Source of the DNA: Felis catus
Lineage: Eukaryota
NCBI RefSeq assembly: GCF_018350175.1
Contig: NC_058368.1
Span: forward strand, 48,176,001-48,240,000
DNA: 64,000 nucleotides
Reading direction: 5' to 3'
The translations under genes and the position numbers were made by a program. Position 1 is the first letter of the stretch. Every line of letters starts with the position of its first letter. Under the pieces are notes generated by a model. That model worked only from the letters and a program-made list of their open reading frames with translations, had not been told where the DNA came from and ran no database searches. Of this stretch, positions 50,191 through 61,679 are shown piece after piece.

Positions 50191-52588
50191 TCTATAAAGG
50201 GATCCTCTAGATTGATTTAATTTTACCTTAAACATCGTTTTTTAAATAGGCATCATTGTGTCTAACTGCATTTTTTTCTAGGCTCAGCTTAGTCATTCTC
50301 ACATTGTTGCTCATCTTACATTTTTTGCAGAACAGAATTTTGTTAAAATATCTCATAAGGAAGTTCACACAGCAATATTCTATAAAATGTGATCTTTCCG
50401 GAGTTTTTTACGTCCAACTTGCCCCCAGTTTGGTTAAGTGCGCTGGAAAATGCTCTCTTAGTGGGAATGAAATTGCTCTTTTAAAAGTGAGAGACAAATT
50501 CCAACAAACAGTAAAGCATTATGTCTCTTTAGACCACTAGTAGAAAACTCAGGTCAACAGAAGTGCTTCTGGAGCTCCATGGGGGAAATTATGTTTTGTG
50601 CAAGTTGGAGGGGACTCTGCCCCCTTTAACCTGAGCCAGCAGATGGCAAGTTCCACTGCCCAGGTCTGCAAATCTTCTGTCTTGTTGTTTGGCAATCTGC
50701 ATGTGTTAATCATTCACCTCAAGGATTTCTTAAAGAGTTCTTATTCCCAAAATAGAGAAGTGGAAGTCAGCCTATACCACTGGGCAATAATTCCATCTCC
50801 TGTAATTTTCCCATAGGAGTAAATCTGATCAATGTCACTGTTGTTGAAATTCTACAAGTGAACCAACTATAGAGTGCAATTTCCCCCCTGGCGCCCTCCC
50901 TCTTGTTTTCGTGTACTTTGTAACTTGAGGAGAAGTTTCCATGAGGAAGCAGAGTCTATGTTGAAGTTACTGAGTGATGTATGGAAGATCTCAAACACAG
51001 AAGCTGCCTTTAGACTTGAAAAAAGAATAAAACTCTGTTGTGTCCACGATTGACCTGTGCAAGTAGAATGCTAAATGTTTTCCTTTGCAGAGGTGCTGGC
51101 AAGTTTCATTCCCTCAGGTGAGGATCTCACAAGATGCCCACTGTTCTCCACTCTGACGTCCCCATGGTGATAGAACTACCTAAATAACACTGCCCATGAG
51201 GGATTTTCATCCGTTGGCAATGATGCTCATTCATGATTGTGGGCAACATTCTTTGCTTTACTTAGGAAAAAGATTTCCTACTGTATTGATGCCTGCCTAA
51301 ATACAAACTAAATATAAACCAAAAAATGGAGAATCGAGTTAACTACCCAATCATTCTGGTTAGTATTTAGCTTATTTGAAACAAAAGCCAGTAGACTTTT
51401 CATTTTTTTTCTAGAGTGTTTCCTCAAAGCCATGTAACTTGGCAAAAGTAGATAGACCTGAGATTAAAACTGTGGAAGCAAGCATTTCCCTTCCATTTCT
51501 TCTTCATTCAAGACTGTCTATTTTTCCTCTTTCCCATTTTAATTTTATTATGGAAATTAGTACAATTATGTGGACATTTCTGAACCACACTACTTAACAG
51601 AATTAAATCAAGAAGAAAGAAGAAAAATCTTTTACCTGGAAGTTTTTCACACCTGACAGATGATGTTTACATTTATCTATTTTCTAAAAGAATTACCTGA
51701 AATCTAAGGTGAGACCTAATTTTGACGGTCTTGCTTCAGTTACTGGTGCTTAGACTCATTGGATATATTAAGTTCCATTTAATCTTTATCTTTGGAGCCT
51801 ACTTGGTTCCAAATCAAGGAGAAATTTTGATCATAAACACACTCTACTTCCATAGAAATCAGGAGATCCCATATCCTTTACATCAGGGACTTTTCCCTTC
51901 TCTTTATGTATAAGGTGAAATTGTGTAAAAAGGACTTGGGAGAGTTGCTAAAGTGGAATATTGGATACCTTGTATATCTTGGATCGGCATCATGTGCGGG
52001 TTCAGTCCCTGACACAGGACAATAAAGTTTAGCTGAATGAATAGGTAAAGGATATAAGCGTCTAGAGAAAAAAAAATTAATTTGTTTAACTGGTTAGATT
52101 TTGCCTATTGACATTTTTATTCTTAGATGAATGGCTGTGTCATTAAATGGTGGCTATTGTTCCCGCTGGGAGCTAGTCATTCTGAGGGTACACTAGAAAT
52201 CGTACTAACGGTTCTTGGCTGCTCTAATGCACCCAGTTGGCGCTCCTTGATTTTAGTCACTCATGCATCCACACAACCATGCTACAAAGTTAAAATCAGT
52301 TCTATTAATTTCCTCATTTTTAGATGAGGAATTTGTGTCACAGAGACATTTGAGTGTTTACTAAATTTGACTGATGGGAAAAGTGGAACAGAAGGAAAAA
52401 GGAACTGACATGTATTGAGTGCTTAGTACACTGAGGCATATTACACTTGGTGTTCAGTTGAAACCAAACAAGTACCTAGAGGAAGGTATTTTAACCCTCT
52501 TTTAGGCAGGAAGACTAATGTTCTGAGAAATAAAATCATTTCTTGAATATACTTAGCTAGAAAATACACGATGGATCCAATTAGCAGG

Positions 52589-52821
52589 CTCCCTGTGTTT
52601 TTTGCATTGTTTTTCCTCTATGCACATCTGTTTCTGTCCAAATTTCCCCTTTTTATAAGGACACAAGTCATTTCGGATTAGGACCCACACTAATAACTGC
52701 ATTTTAACTTGATTATCTCTGTAAAGATTCTATCTCTAAATAAGGTCACATTCTGAGGTACTAGGATAGGAGTTACCAACATATCCGTTTTTGGAAAAGA
52801 AACACAACTCAATCCATAACA
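52589..52821 (-). mobile_element. MLT1B-like LTR, 5' half (inverted)
   Basis: Reverse complement reads tgttatggattgagttgtg...gtacctcagaatgtgacc...gtccttataaaaaggggaaatttggaca...acacagggag. Confidence 0.88.
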
Positions 52822-53039
52822 GAATTTAACCTCACACTTTACAGAAACTGAGATATATTGTAAGCCTGTGGTGGGGCCCAGAACTCTTGGATGCTTAGGA
52901 AGCATCTCAGTTGGCATTTGATCCTGATACTCAGGCTTCACTGAGAACTGACCATTGGCAAAGGGATAAAAATAAGAGAAATAAACACAGACAGTGCCTG
53001 ACTCTAGACATTAGAACGGGTACTATTAACATTTTCTTC

Positions 53040-53933
53040 CAATTCCTATCAAAATAACACCAGCATTCTTCACAGAGCTAGAACAAACAGTCCTAAAATT
53101 TGTATGGAACCACAATAGCCAAAGTAATGTTGAAAAAGAAAACCAAAGCTGGAGGCATCACAATCCCGGACTTCAAGCTATATTACAAAGCTGTAATTAT
53201 CAAGACAGTATGGTACTGGAACAAAAACAGACACTTAGATCAATGGAACAGAACAGAGAACCCAGAAATGGACACACAAACGTATGGCCAACTAATCTTT
53301 TGACAAAGCAGGAAAGAGTAGCCAATGGAAAAAAGACAGTCTCTTTAGCAAATGGTGCTAGGAAAACTGGACAGCAACATGCAGAAGGTTGAAACTGGAC
53401 CACTTTCTTACACCATACACAAAAATAAACTCAAAATGGATAAAAGAGCTAAATGTGAGACAAGAAACCATCAGAATCCTACAGGAGAAAGCAGACAGCA
53501 ACTTATTTGACCTAAACCGCAGCAGCTTCTTACTTGACATGTCTCTGGAAGCAAGGGAAATAAAAGCAAAAATGAACTATTGGGACCTCATCAAGATAAA
53601 AAGTTTCTGCACAGCAAAGGAAACAATCAACAAAACTAAAAGGCAACTGACAGAATAGGGAAAGACATTTGCAAATGACATATCGGATAAAGGGCTAGTA
53701 TCCAAAATCTATAAAGAACTTACCAAACTCAACATCCACCCCCCAAAAAAAAATTATCCAGTGAAGAAATGGGCAGAAAACATGAAAGACACTCTTCAAA
53801 GAAAACATCCAGATGACAAACAGACACATGAAAAGATGCTCAACCTCACTCAGCATCAGGGAAATACAAATCAAAACCACACTGAGATACCACCTCACAC
53901 TGGTCAGAATGATTAAAATGAACAACTCTGGAA
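53040..53933 (+). mobile_element. L1 ORF2 internal fragment, truncated at both ends
   Basis: [21 protein letters not shown]...KTTLRYHLT; ends 'aacaactctggaa' with no 3' UTR or poly(A). Confidence 0.95.
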
Positions 53934-54123
53934 GCTCAGTCATTGACAAGCCAAGAAAAGAGACCTTGAAGAGATCTTTCCCTCACAGCCCTCAGAGAGG
54001 ACTAGTTCTGCTGATGCCTTGATTTTAGAATTCTTGCCTCCAGAATTGTGAGATAACAAACTTTTGTTTTTTAAGCCACTCAGTTTGTGATAGGTTGTTA
54101 CAGCAACCTGGGAAACCAATGCA
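53931..54123 (+). mobile_element. MLT1B-like LTR, 3' half
   Basis: 'acaagccaagaaaagagacc...ccctcacagccctcaga...gcctccagaattgtgaga...taagccactcagtttgtg...aaaccaatgca'. Confidence 0.88.
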
Positions 54124-54230
54124 AGTCTCATTTAAGCTTTATCTCTGGAGTCAACTTGGTTGCAAATGGAGGAGAAATTTATGATTGTAAGTGCAGTCTA
54201 CTTTTGTAGAAGTCAGGTGAAATTGCACAC

Positions 54231-55362
54231 AGGACATCCAGATGGCAAACAGACACATGAAAAGATGCTGGACCTCACTCATCATCAGGGAAATGCAAAT
54301 CAAAACCACAATGAGATACCACTTCACACCACTCCAAATGGCTAAAAGGAACAACTCAAGAACTGACAGATGTAGGTGAGGATGCAGAGAAAGGGGAACC
54401 CTTTTTCACTATTGGTGGGAATGCAAACTGGTGCAGCCACTCTGGAAAACAGTATGGAGGTTCCTCAAAAAGCTAAAAATAGAACTACCCCACCACCCAA
54501 CAATTACACTACTGAGAATTTACCCAAAGGTTACAAAAATGCTGATTCAAAGGGACACATGCACCCCAATATTTATACCAGCACTATCAACAATAGTTAA
54601 ATTATAGAAAGAACCCAAATGTCCATCAACTGATGAATGGATAAAGAAGAAGTGGTATGGGGCACCTGGGTGGTTCAGTTGGTTAAGTGACCAACTTCGG
54701 CTCGGTCATGATCTCATGGTTCATGAGATCAGACCCCATATCAGACTCTCTGCTGTCAGCGCCAAGCTTGCTTGGCATTCTCTGTGTCCCTCTCTCTCTG
54801 CCCCTCCCCTGCTTGTGCATGAACTCTCTCTTTCTCAAAAATAAATAAGCATTAAAAAAGTGATATATACAGAGAGAGTATGTATATATGCGTGTATACA
54901 TATACATATACACACACACCACACACACACATGCACACAATGGAATACTACTTGGTGATCAAAAAGAATGAAATCTTGCCATTTGCAACAATATGGATGG
55001 AACTGGAGGGTATTATGCTAAGTGAAATAATCAAAGACAGAGGAAGACAGGTATCACATGATTTCACTCATAAGTGGAATTTGAGAAACTCAACAGAAGA
55101 ACACAGAGGAAGGGAAGGAAAAATAAGATAAAAACAGAGAGGAAGGCAATCCATAAGACATTCTTAAATACAGAGAACAAACTAAGGGTTGCTGGAGGTG
55201 GGGTGGAGGGATGGGATAAATGGGTGATGAGCATTGAGGAGGACACTTTTCAGGATGAGCACTGGGTGTCATATGTAAGAGATGAATCACTGGGTTCTAC
55301 TCCTGCAGCCAAGACTACACTATATGGTGACTAACTTCAATATAAATAAAAAATACATTTAA
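54231..55362 (+). mobile_element. L1 3' fragment, 5'-truncated, with nested SINE
   Basis: 'gacatccagatggcaaacagacacatgaaaagatgc' through the 3' UTR and A-rich tail. Confidence 0.95.
54659..54857 (+). mobile_element. CAN-SINE nested in L1
   Basis: TSD aagaagtggtat/aaaaagtgatat. Confidence 0.93.
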
Positions 55363-56160
55363 AAAGTCTCATTAGTTATCAGAAATATTAATATTACAAA
55401 ACAGAAAGTATGTTAATAAAGTGATTTATTGAAAAAAAAATTTCTCCTGGTTGAGAGGTATGCTGCATCTGTCCTATTCATGAGACCCCAGGAAGCAAAA
55501 GGACATCTTGCTTGGCTCCCCTTCCCCCAAGCTTCTCATCCCATTGACACAGTGGTTGACACCCCTTCCCATGCTGGAGCAGTGCTGAGGGTAGGCTTCT
55601 ATTATAACTGGAGGAGCTCTGTTGGTCTGCTACTTAAGCAGGAAGATCTGAATTGGTTTCTCTTCCTTATGCTCTTCAGATCCAGCACTGTAACAGCTGG
55701 TTTCCACACTACTTGTGCTTATCTATCAAACAGTGATAAGGTGCATTCCTTCCGAGAACGGCTGCCTTCCCATTCTGCCTAGGTGGCATGAAAGATCAGT
55801 GTAATTTGGATATTCACTTGACCTACTGACGTGGGACACAAGGCAGAATCCAGGAGATACTTTTAGTACACAGATATTCATTCAGGTGTAGATTTATCTG
55901 GAAATAACTTCAGTGGTCAAGGACATGTGTTCTCTGTAATAAGATTGAAAGCTCACAAGAAAAATGATAAGAAAGATCTCTAGGGCCAAATTGGTGGTAA
56001 ATATCACATTGTTATCTCTGGTGATAATTTGCTGCTTATTATGGGATGTGCACTATAATGGTGACGGCTGAGTGAGGAACTGAGAGAAACTGAAATATGC
56101 TAAAATGAGGGAAGGGTTATTGTTTTGCATATGTGTGTGCCCACATATGCATGAGAGAGA

Positions 56161-56235
56161 GAAGGGAAGGGAAGGGAAGGGAAGGGAAGGGAAGGGAAGG
56201 GAAGGGAAGGGAAGGGAAGGGAAGGGAAGGGAAGG
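56161..56235. repeat. (GAAGG)15 pentanucleotide microsatellite
   Basis: Direct reading. Confidence 0.95.
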
Positions 56236-58576
56236 AAAAACTTGTAGAAGTATTTTTGACACATTCATGATCTGCTCCTAGAATGTATGAAGATGTAATT
56301 AAGTCAACAAAATCTCCTGAGAATCTTCAATTCAGGAAAATCTCTGTGTTTGTTTGTTTTTACCCCAGGACTCAAAAAGCCATAATTCCTAAAGGTAGAG
56401 GATTTCCTAGTAGTTGGAAACATAGTCAGAGATTCCAAATCCCCCTAAAGTCTGACTTCTTTCATTTACCTGATGTCCTATCTGTAGATCCAACTCCCCC
56501 TAATGCTGGACAGAAAGAATAACCTCATTATTATTCTTTCAAATGTGAGATCCACTCCCAACTCTGACTGGTGAGGCTTCTGGACCCTTGTATGTCTTAG
56601 ATGAAGAACCACGTCAGAACACAATCCAATGACCTCCACATTTACATGAGAGATGCACGCTAATAGTTGTGGGTGTGTTGACACTTCACAGTCTCAGTGC
56701 TGTTTTTTACTCATCCATAATATTGTTGCCAGTGTGGATTGTGACCATTAGGTTTTCGGCCTTATGAAGCTTAGGATATGATGTCTACTTACTACTTTAG
56801 GAGGGACTGATTTGGGAGGGACTCACAAACCAAGTGCTAAAGACCCAGGACTCAGTCAACCAGGTGTTAGTATCCATATCGCTCTCCTTCTCCCAGCTCC
56901 TGATCGTCCACAGGTATCATCAGTGACTAGAAGATATTAGCCCAGTTAATCCTATTTCCCAAGATCCAGCCCCACTCTTCTCTCTCCAGACTTTTGCACT
57001 CTGAACACAGCTCATTTTCATGTGTTAATTAAGAATTACACAAGAGAGAGCAAGATGTAGATTTTACTCTTTCAGTCATTTGCCTGAGTGCTATTAAAGT
57101 AACTATTTCTCTTTTTTATGCAGTACTTATCCACACATATTTGTCTTCTTTGGAAAATGATTCCTATAACTGTGCTCCTTACTCAAGGTGAGCTTTTTTT
57201 TTTTTTTTTTTTTTTGGCTTTCTAATAATTTAATTATTTTATGTTTTAAAATGTTTAAAAACACTACTAGAATATGAGTTGGTTCAGAAAGAGGTACATT
57301 TTCCCAATGTTTCAGTCAACAGGGTGAAAATATTTTGCCCTATTTATCCAATTGTCTAGATTTTTGTAGTTTTTTCTATCTGATTTAATTTACACCAGAC
57401 TCTCTGAAAAGGCATGAGGGTATGAGAAAGCTGTGAAATAGAGAAAAAAGTATAGCAATAAGTGATATGTAACTAGTAATATGCCAAATTGTGGGGGTGG
57501 GGTGGGGGTTATGATATGTTTCTGTGTCTGTAATATCTTTATCCATTGTGTCTCCTTTGATCTGGGAAGGCTGGGACCGGTTTATTATCCATTAAAGAAA
57601 CTAGCCAATTGTGAGTGTAAAAAGAATGCACGTGTATATTTTATTTAGTCATATAGGAAAGAACCTAGTTTTGAAGGTGATGATATTATTTTCAAAGAAA
57701 TCATATATTTCCCTAAGGGGCATTTTTGATAACAAGTAACCACTCCACTTCTGGGCACACGGCCCTGTAGATATAAAAAGAAAGTGAGTCTTGGCATTAG
57801 TTGTGAAAAGCTGTACATATGGAACAAAAGCAAAACTTCCAAGTAGCAATTGTTCAATAATATGCAAAATGCAGGAAAAACTTCACTGACTTCCCAGAGG
57901 GAAAAATGTAAGGATTTAGGAATAGAATTAATACACCCTTTTTTAGGTCTTTGCATTAGAAACGTTCATCAAAGTGGAGTAAGGAGAATCTAGAATATTT
58001 ATGCAATAAAGGCACAGGTTTCCTTATATTTTGGGTCAAACAATGTTTTACCTAGTCCATAATGGTAGCCATGCAAACTGTCACTGAAAGGATTGACACA
58101 GGGTTAAAGAAGTCATAATTTCATATTTAAAAAATTGTGAAATCTAATAAAACCTGAATTAATTACACGTGAAAAGTGAGAATAAGTCAAAATGTGCATC
58201 TGATCACATTGTGGTCACAATCCACATTAAGGGGACGTCTGAAAGTGTAGCAGTAAGAAGCAACAGTGATAGAACCTTAAGGTTGCAGATATGTGCTGTG
58301 ATACCCGGCTCCCTTTTCCTCTGTGCATTATTCCTAAATCAGGTTACAATAATATTGACTAGCGAACTGTGGAGCTGTTTCCACACCTAGCATTGCTTGC
58401 TTTCCAGTTCTATCTTTAATAGTACAGAGTAGAAAGTTACCTCTGCAGAATGTAAAGCTACAAGAAAGAAAATTAGAGCCAGATGGGGGTGGAGGGTGGG
58501 TGGGAAGTATCCAGGAATTATAGTTCTAGACAAGCTTGAAATTGTTTCTAAAATAGCTCATTAAAAACAAACAAAC

Positions 58577-58703
58577 AGGGGTGCCTGGGTGGCTCAGTCA
58601 GTTAAGCTTCCAACTTCTGCTCAGGTCATTATCTCCTGGTTCCTAAGTTTGAGCCCCGCATCGGGTTCTGCACTGACAATGCAGAACCTGCAGCCTGCTG
58701 GGG

Positions 58704-58743
<40 letters not shown>

Positions 58744-58793
58744 CCTCGCCACTTGCATTCTCTCTTTCTCTAAATAAATAAATAAATACCCCA
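58577..58793 (+). mobile_element. CAN-SINE
   Basis: 'ggggtgcctgggtggctcagtc', (CT)n, TSD aaaacaaacaaaca. Confidence 0.94.
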
Positions 58794-59189
58794 TAAAACA
58801 AACAAACAAAAAAACCTTGAACCTAAATTCGGCTTGTACAACCCTTCTTGCAATTGTCCATTAAGACCATGCAGGATCCAAGGAACACCACCAGCAATGC
58901 CCAGCGTCAGAGCCGCATGTTTGCTGTCCCCTAGCAGCCCCTCAGTAGTGAGGTCTCACCCTACATGAAGCTGTGTACATTTCTTGAATAAAATGAGTTT
59001 CCATGCCTGAGCACACACCCACTAAAAGTGAATCAGAAATGTGTGAAATGACAACGGCAGAAAACGCATATGTAATGAGATTTAAAAATTGGCCTATAAG
59101 CAAGCAAAGAACTGACTGCAGAGATCAGATATTCAAGGAAATATGGATGAGCTTACTGTGTTGACTGTTTTCATGTTTCTGGAATCGTA

Positions 59190-59415
59190 TTTTTTTTTTT
59201 ATTTTTTTTTTTCAACGTTTATTTATTTTTGGGACAGAGAGAGACAGAGCATGAACGGGGGAGGGGCAGAGAGAGAGGGAGACACAGAATCGGAAACAGG
59301 CTCCAGGCTCTGAGCCATCAGCCCAGAGCCCGACGCAGGGCTCGAACTCACGGACCGCGAGATCGTGACCTGGCTGAAGTCGGACGCTTAACCGACTGCG
59401 CCACCCAGGCGCCCC
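59190..59415 (-). mobile_element. Young felid SINE (SINEC_Fc-like)
   Basis: About 5 differences from the body of the 12478-12693 copy; TSD tggaat(c)gtatttt. Confidence 0.97.
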
Positions 59416-59627
59416 TGGAATGTATTTTAAATTAACTCCTACCTAAGTGCACTTAGAACTCACGTCAGGTGGCACCATTACTTTCTAATCCACAGCAGAC
59501 CCAAAGAAGAATCAGAGATCAGAAAGGAAATGCTTGTGTTTCTTGAGGAACACGTGTGCGGGTAGGAGAAGGCACTCACTTGCTACACACATCATTAATT
59601 CGGGCTTCATTAAAATACTATGTTCAC

Positions 59628-59832
59628 AGGGCGCCTGGGTGGCTCAGTTGATTAAGCGTCCAACTCTTGATTTCACTCCAGTTGCGATCTCCTGGTTCGT
59701 GAGTTTGAGCCCCACGTGGGACTCTGCACTGAAAGTGTGGAGCCTGCTTGGGATTCTCTCTCTCCATCTCTCTCTGCCCCTCTCCCACACATTCCCTCTC
59801 TCTCAAAATAAATAAACATTAAAAAAATTTTT
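59628..59832 (+). mobile_element. CAN-SINE
   Basis: TSD aaatact(a/g)tgttcac. Confidence 0.95.
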
Positions 59833-60699
59833 AAATACTGTGTTCACTTTGAAGTCTCATAAATGAGATGTAACTTGGAAGACTATGTAGTCATTCCTTT
59901 AAAAAAAAACTCTCAGTGAATAAAAGCTAACTTTATTGCTGTCATCTATGCTGGAAGCCTGAAGAAGAATAAAGGATATAAATTATTTTGATGTTACTCT
60001 GTTCACTGAAATAAATACAAGAGGATAATTAAGTCAATGCAATTTAAAAAGCAGTGCAAAAAAAAGCGTAAGCCTTATAAAGAATATACTTGCTTTACTA
60101 GTTGTGCAACTTGTAACTTTTAGTAAGGAAGTTTATTTTTTGGAGGCAATTTAAGAAATAGCATCTCAGCTGACTTTACGGTTTTCATATACTTAAGATT
60201 TAAGGGTAATGGTGGGCAACATGACCTCTTGAGTTATTTCCAAGCCCCAGTGACAAGTAAGGTTTAAATAGAGGTAAAATTTATTAAAAAACACCATAGG
60301 AAATACAAACATATGCAAATGTCCAACTGGCCCCAGTAACACTCATTAATATGTTAAATATAAAGCAAAATGATGCCTTAATATTGCTGATTTATTTTCA
60401 TAAGACCACTCATGGAAGACGTATTACTGTAGAAGGTTAAAACGGCCTCTTTGGATGCACAATTCAATACAACAGTCAAGGAAAATCCAACCACAGTCCA
60501 TCTCAACTGACTTGGATGTTGACATTCTTATTTGAGTGGCTATACTGCAAATGCATATTTCAAATCAAGAGCGTTTGCCAAATGAATTAGAGGATAACTG
60601 GACATGTTTTGGAATAACAACGTGACGACTGAAAATATTCTGAACTATAATTTTGTTTGTTTTTCTAGACTCACAAACTCAGGCCAAATCTTATCATCA

Positions 60700-60985
60700 T
60701 CATTCATTTATTGATTCAACTGTGTACCAAAACTATTTGCAGCACTGAAGATTCAGTGGTGAGCAAATCAGACAAAAATCCCTACTTTAGACTTCTAGCT
60801 CAATAGGGAGTTTAAATACTTGTAAAAGAAGACAGTCAATAAATGAATAAACTTAATAATGTAATCTGAGGGTCTCATGGACTCAATGAAGGAAATAAAC
60901 AAGGTGATTTGATAGAGAGCAATTGGGTGGGGTTGAAGGAGGTAGAGTCAGGGGCTACTAATTGCATAGTCATGGATGACCTGGC
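60700..60985 (-). mobile_element. L2 3' fragment
   Basis: 'cattcatttattga', 'cagtggtgagcaaatcagacaaaaatcccta'. Confidence 0.7.
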
Positions 60986-61110
60986 CCAGAAATCAGGAAG
61001 GCTGGATTTTTACCCAACTTCTGCCACCAACCAGCTGGTTGGCCTCAGACAAGAAACATCTGTCAAATGAGCAGCTTGGTTAGACTAAATCCAGGAGCTT
61101 TTTAACAGTC

Positions 61111-61647
61111 TATGATAGGCAGAATGGCCCCCCTAAATATTATCCCCTAATCTTTAGGCTCCCCTAATCCCTGGAACCTGTGAATACATTGTGTTACAGG
61201 GTGCAAAGGGTTTTGCAGATGTGATTAAGGTTAAGGACCTTGAGATGGGGAGATTATCCTAGATTATCTGAATGGGCACAGTCTAATCCCATTAGTTTTA
61301 AAAGTAGAAAAATTATTTTGGAGCTGGGGGACTTTATCTGCTGTTGCTGGAAGGGTCCCATAGGGAAAGCATGAGAAAGAATCCCTGCATCCTCTAGGAG
61401 CAAAGACCAATCCTCAGTTAACAGCCAGCAAGCAAATGAGAGCCTAAGTGCTATAACTCAAGGAACTGAATTGAACACATAACCTGAAGCAGATTCATCA
61501 TGGAATCTCCCAGAAGGAAATGGAACCCAGCCTTATGAGTATCTAAGCAGGGGACCTAGGTGAGATGCACTGGGAGATAATGGGTATGGTTTCAAACGGC
61601 TAAATTTGTGATAATTTGTTGTGACAGCAATAGAAAACCAACATACA
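61111..61647 (+). mobile_element. MaLR solo LTR (MLT1E-like)
   Basis: 'tttgcagatgtgattaaggttaaggaccttgagatggggagattatcc', 'acagccagcaag', 'ctaaatttgtgataatttgtt...gcaatagaaaac'. Confidence 0.88.
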
Positions 61648-61679
61648 CGGCCACTGAGCAAAAACATGGAGTCAACCTC

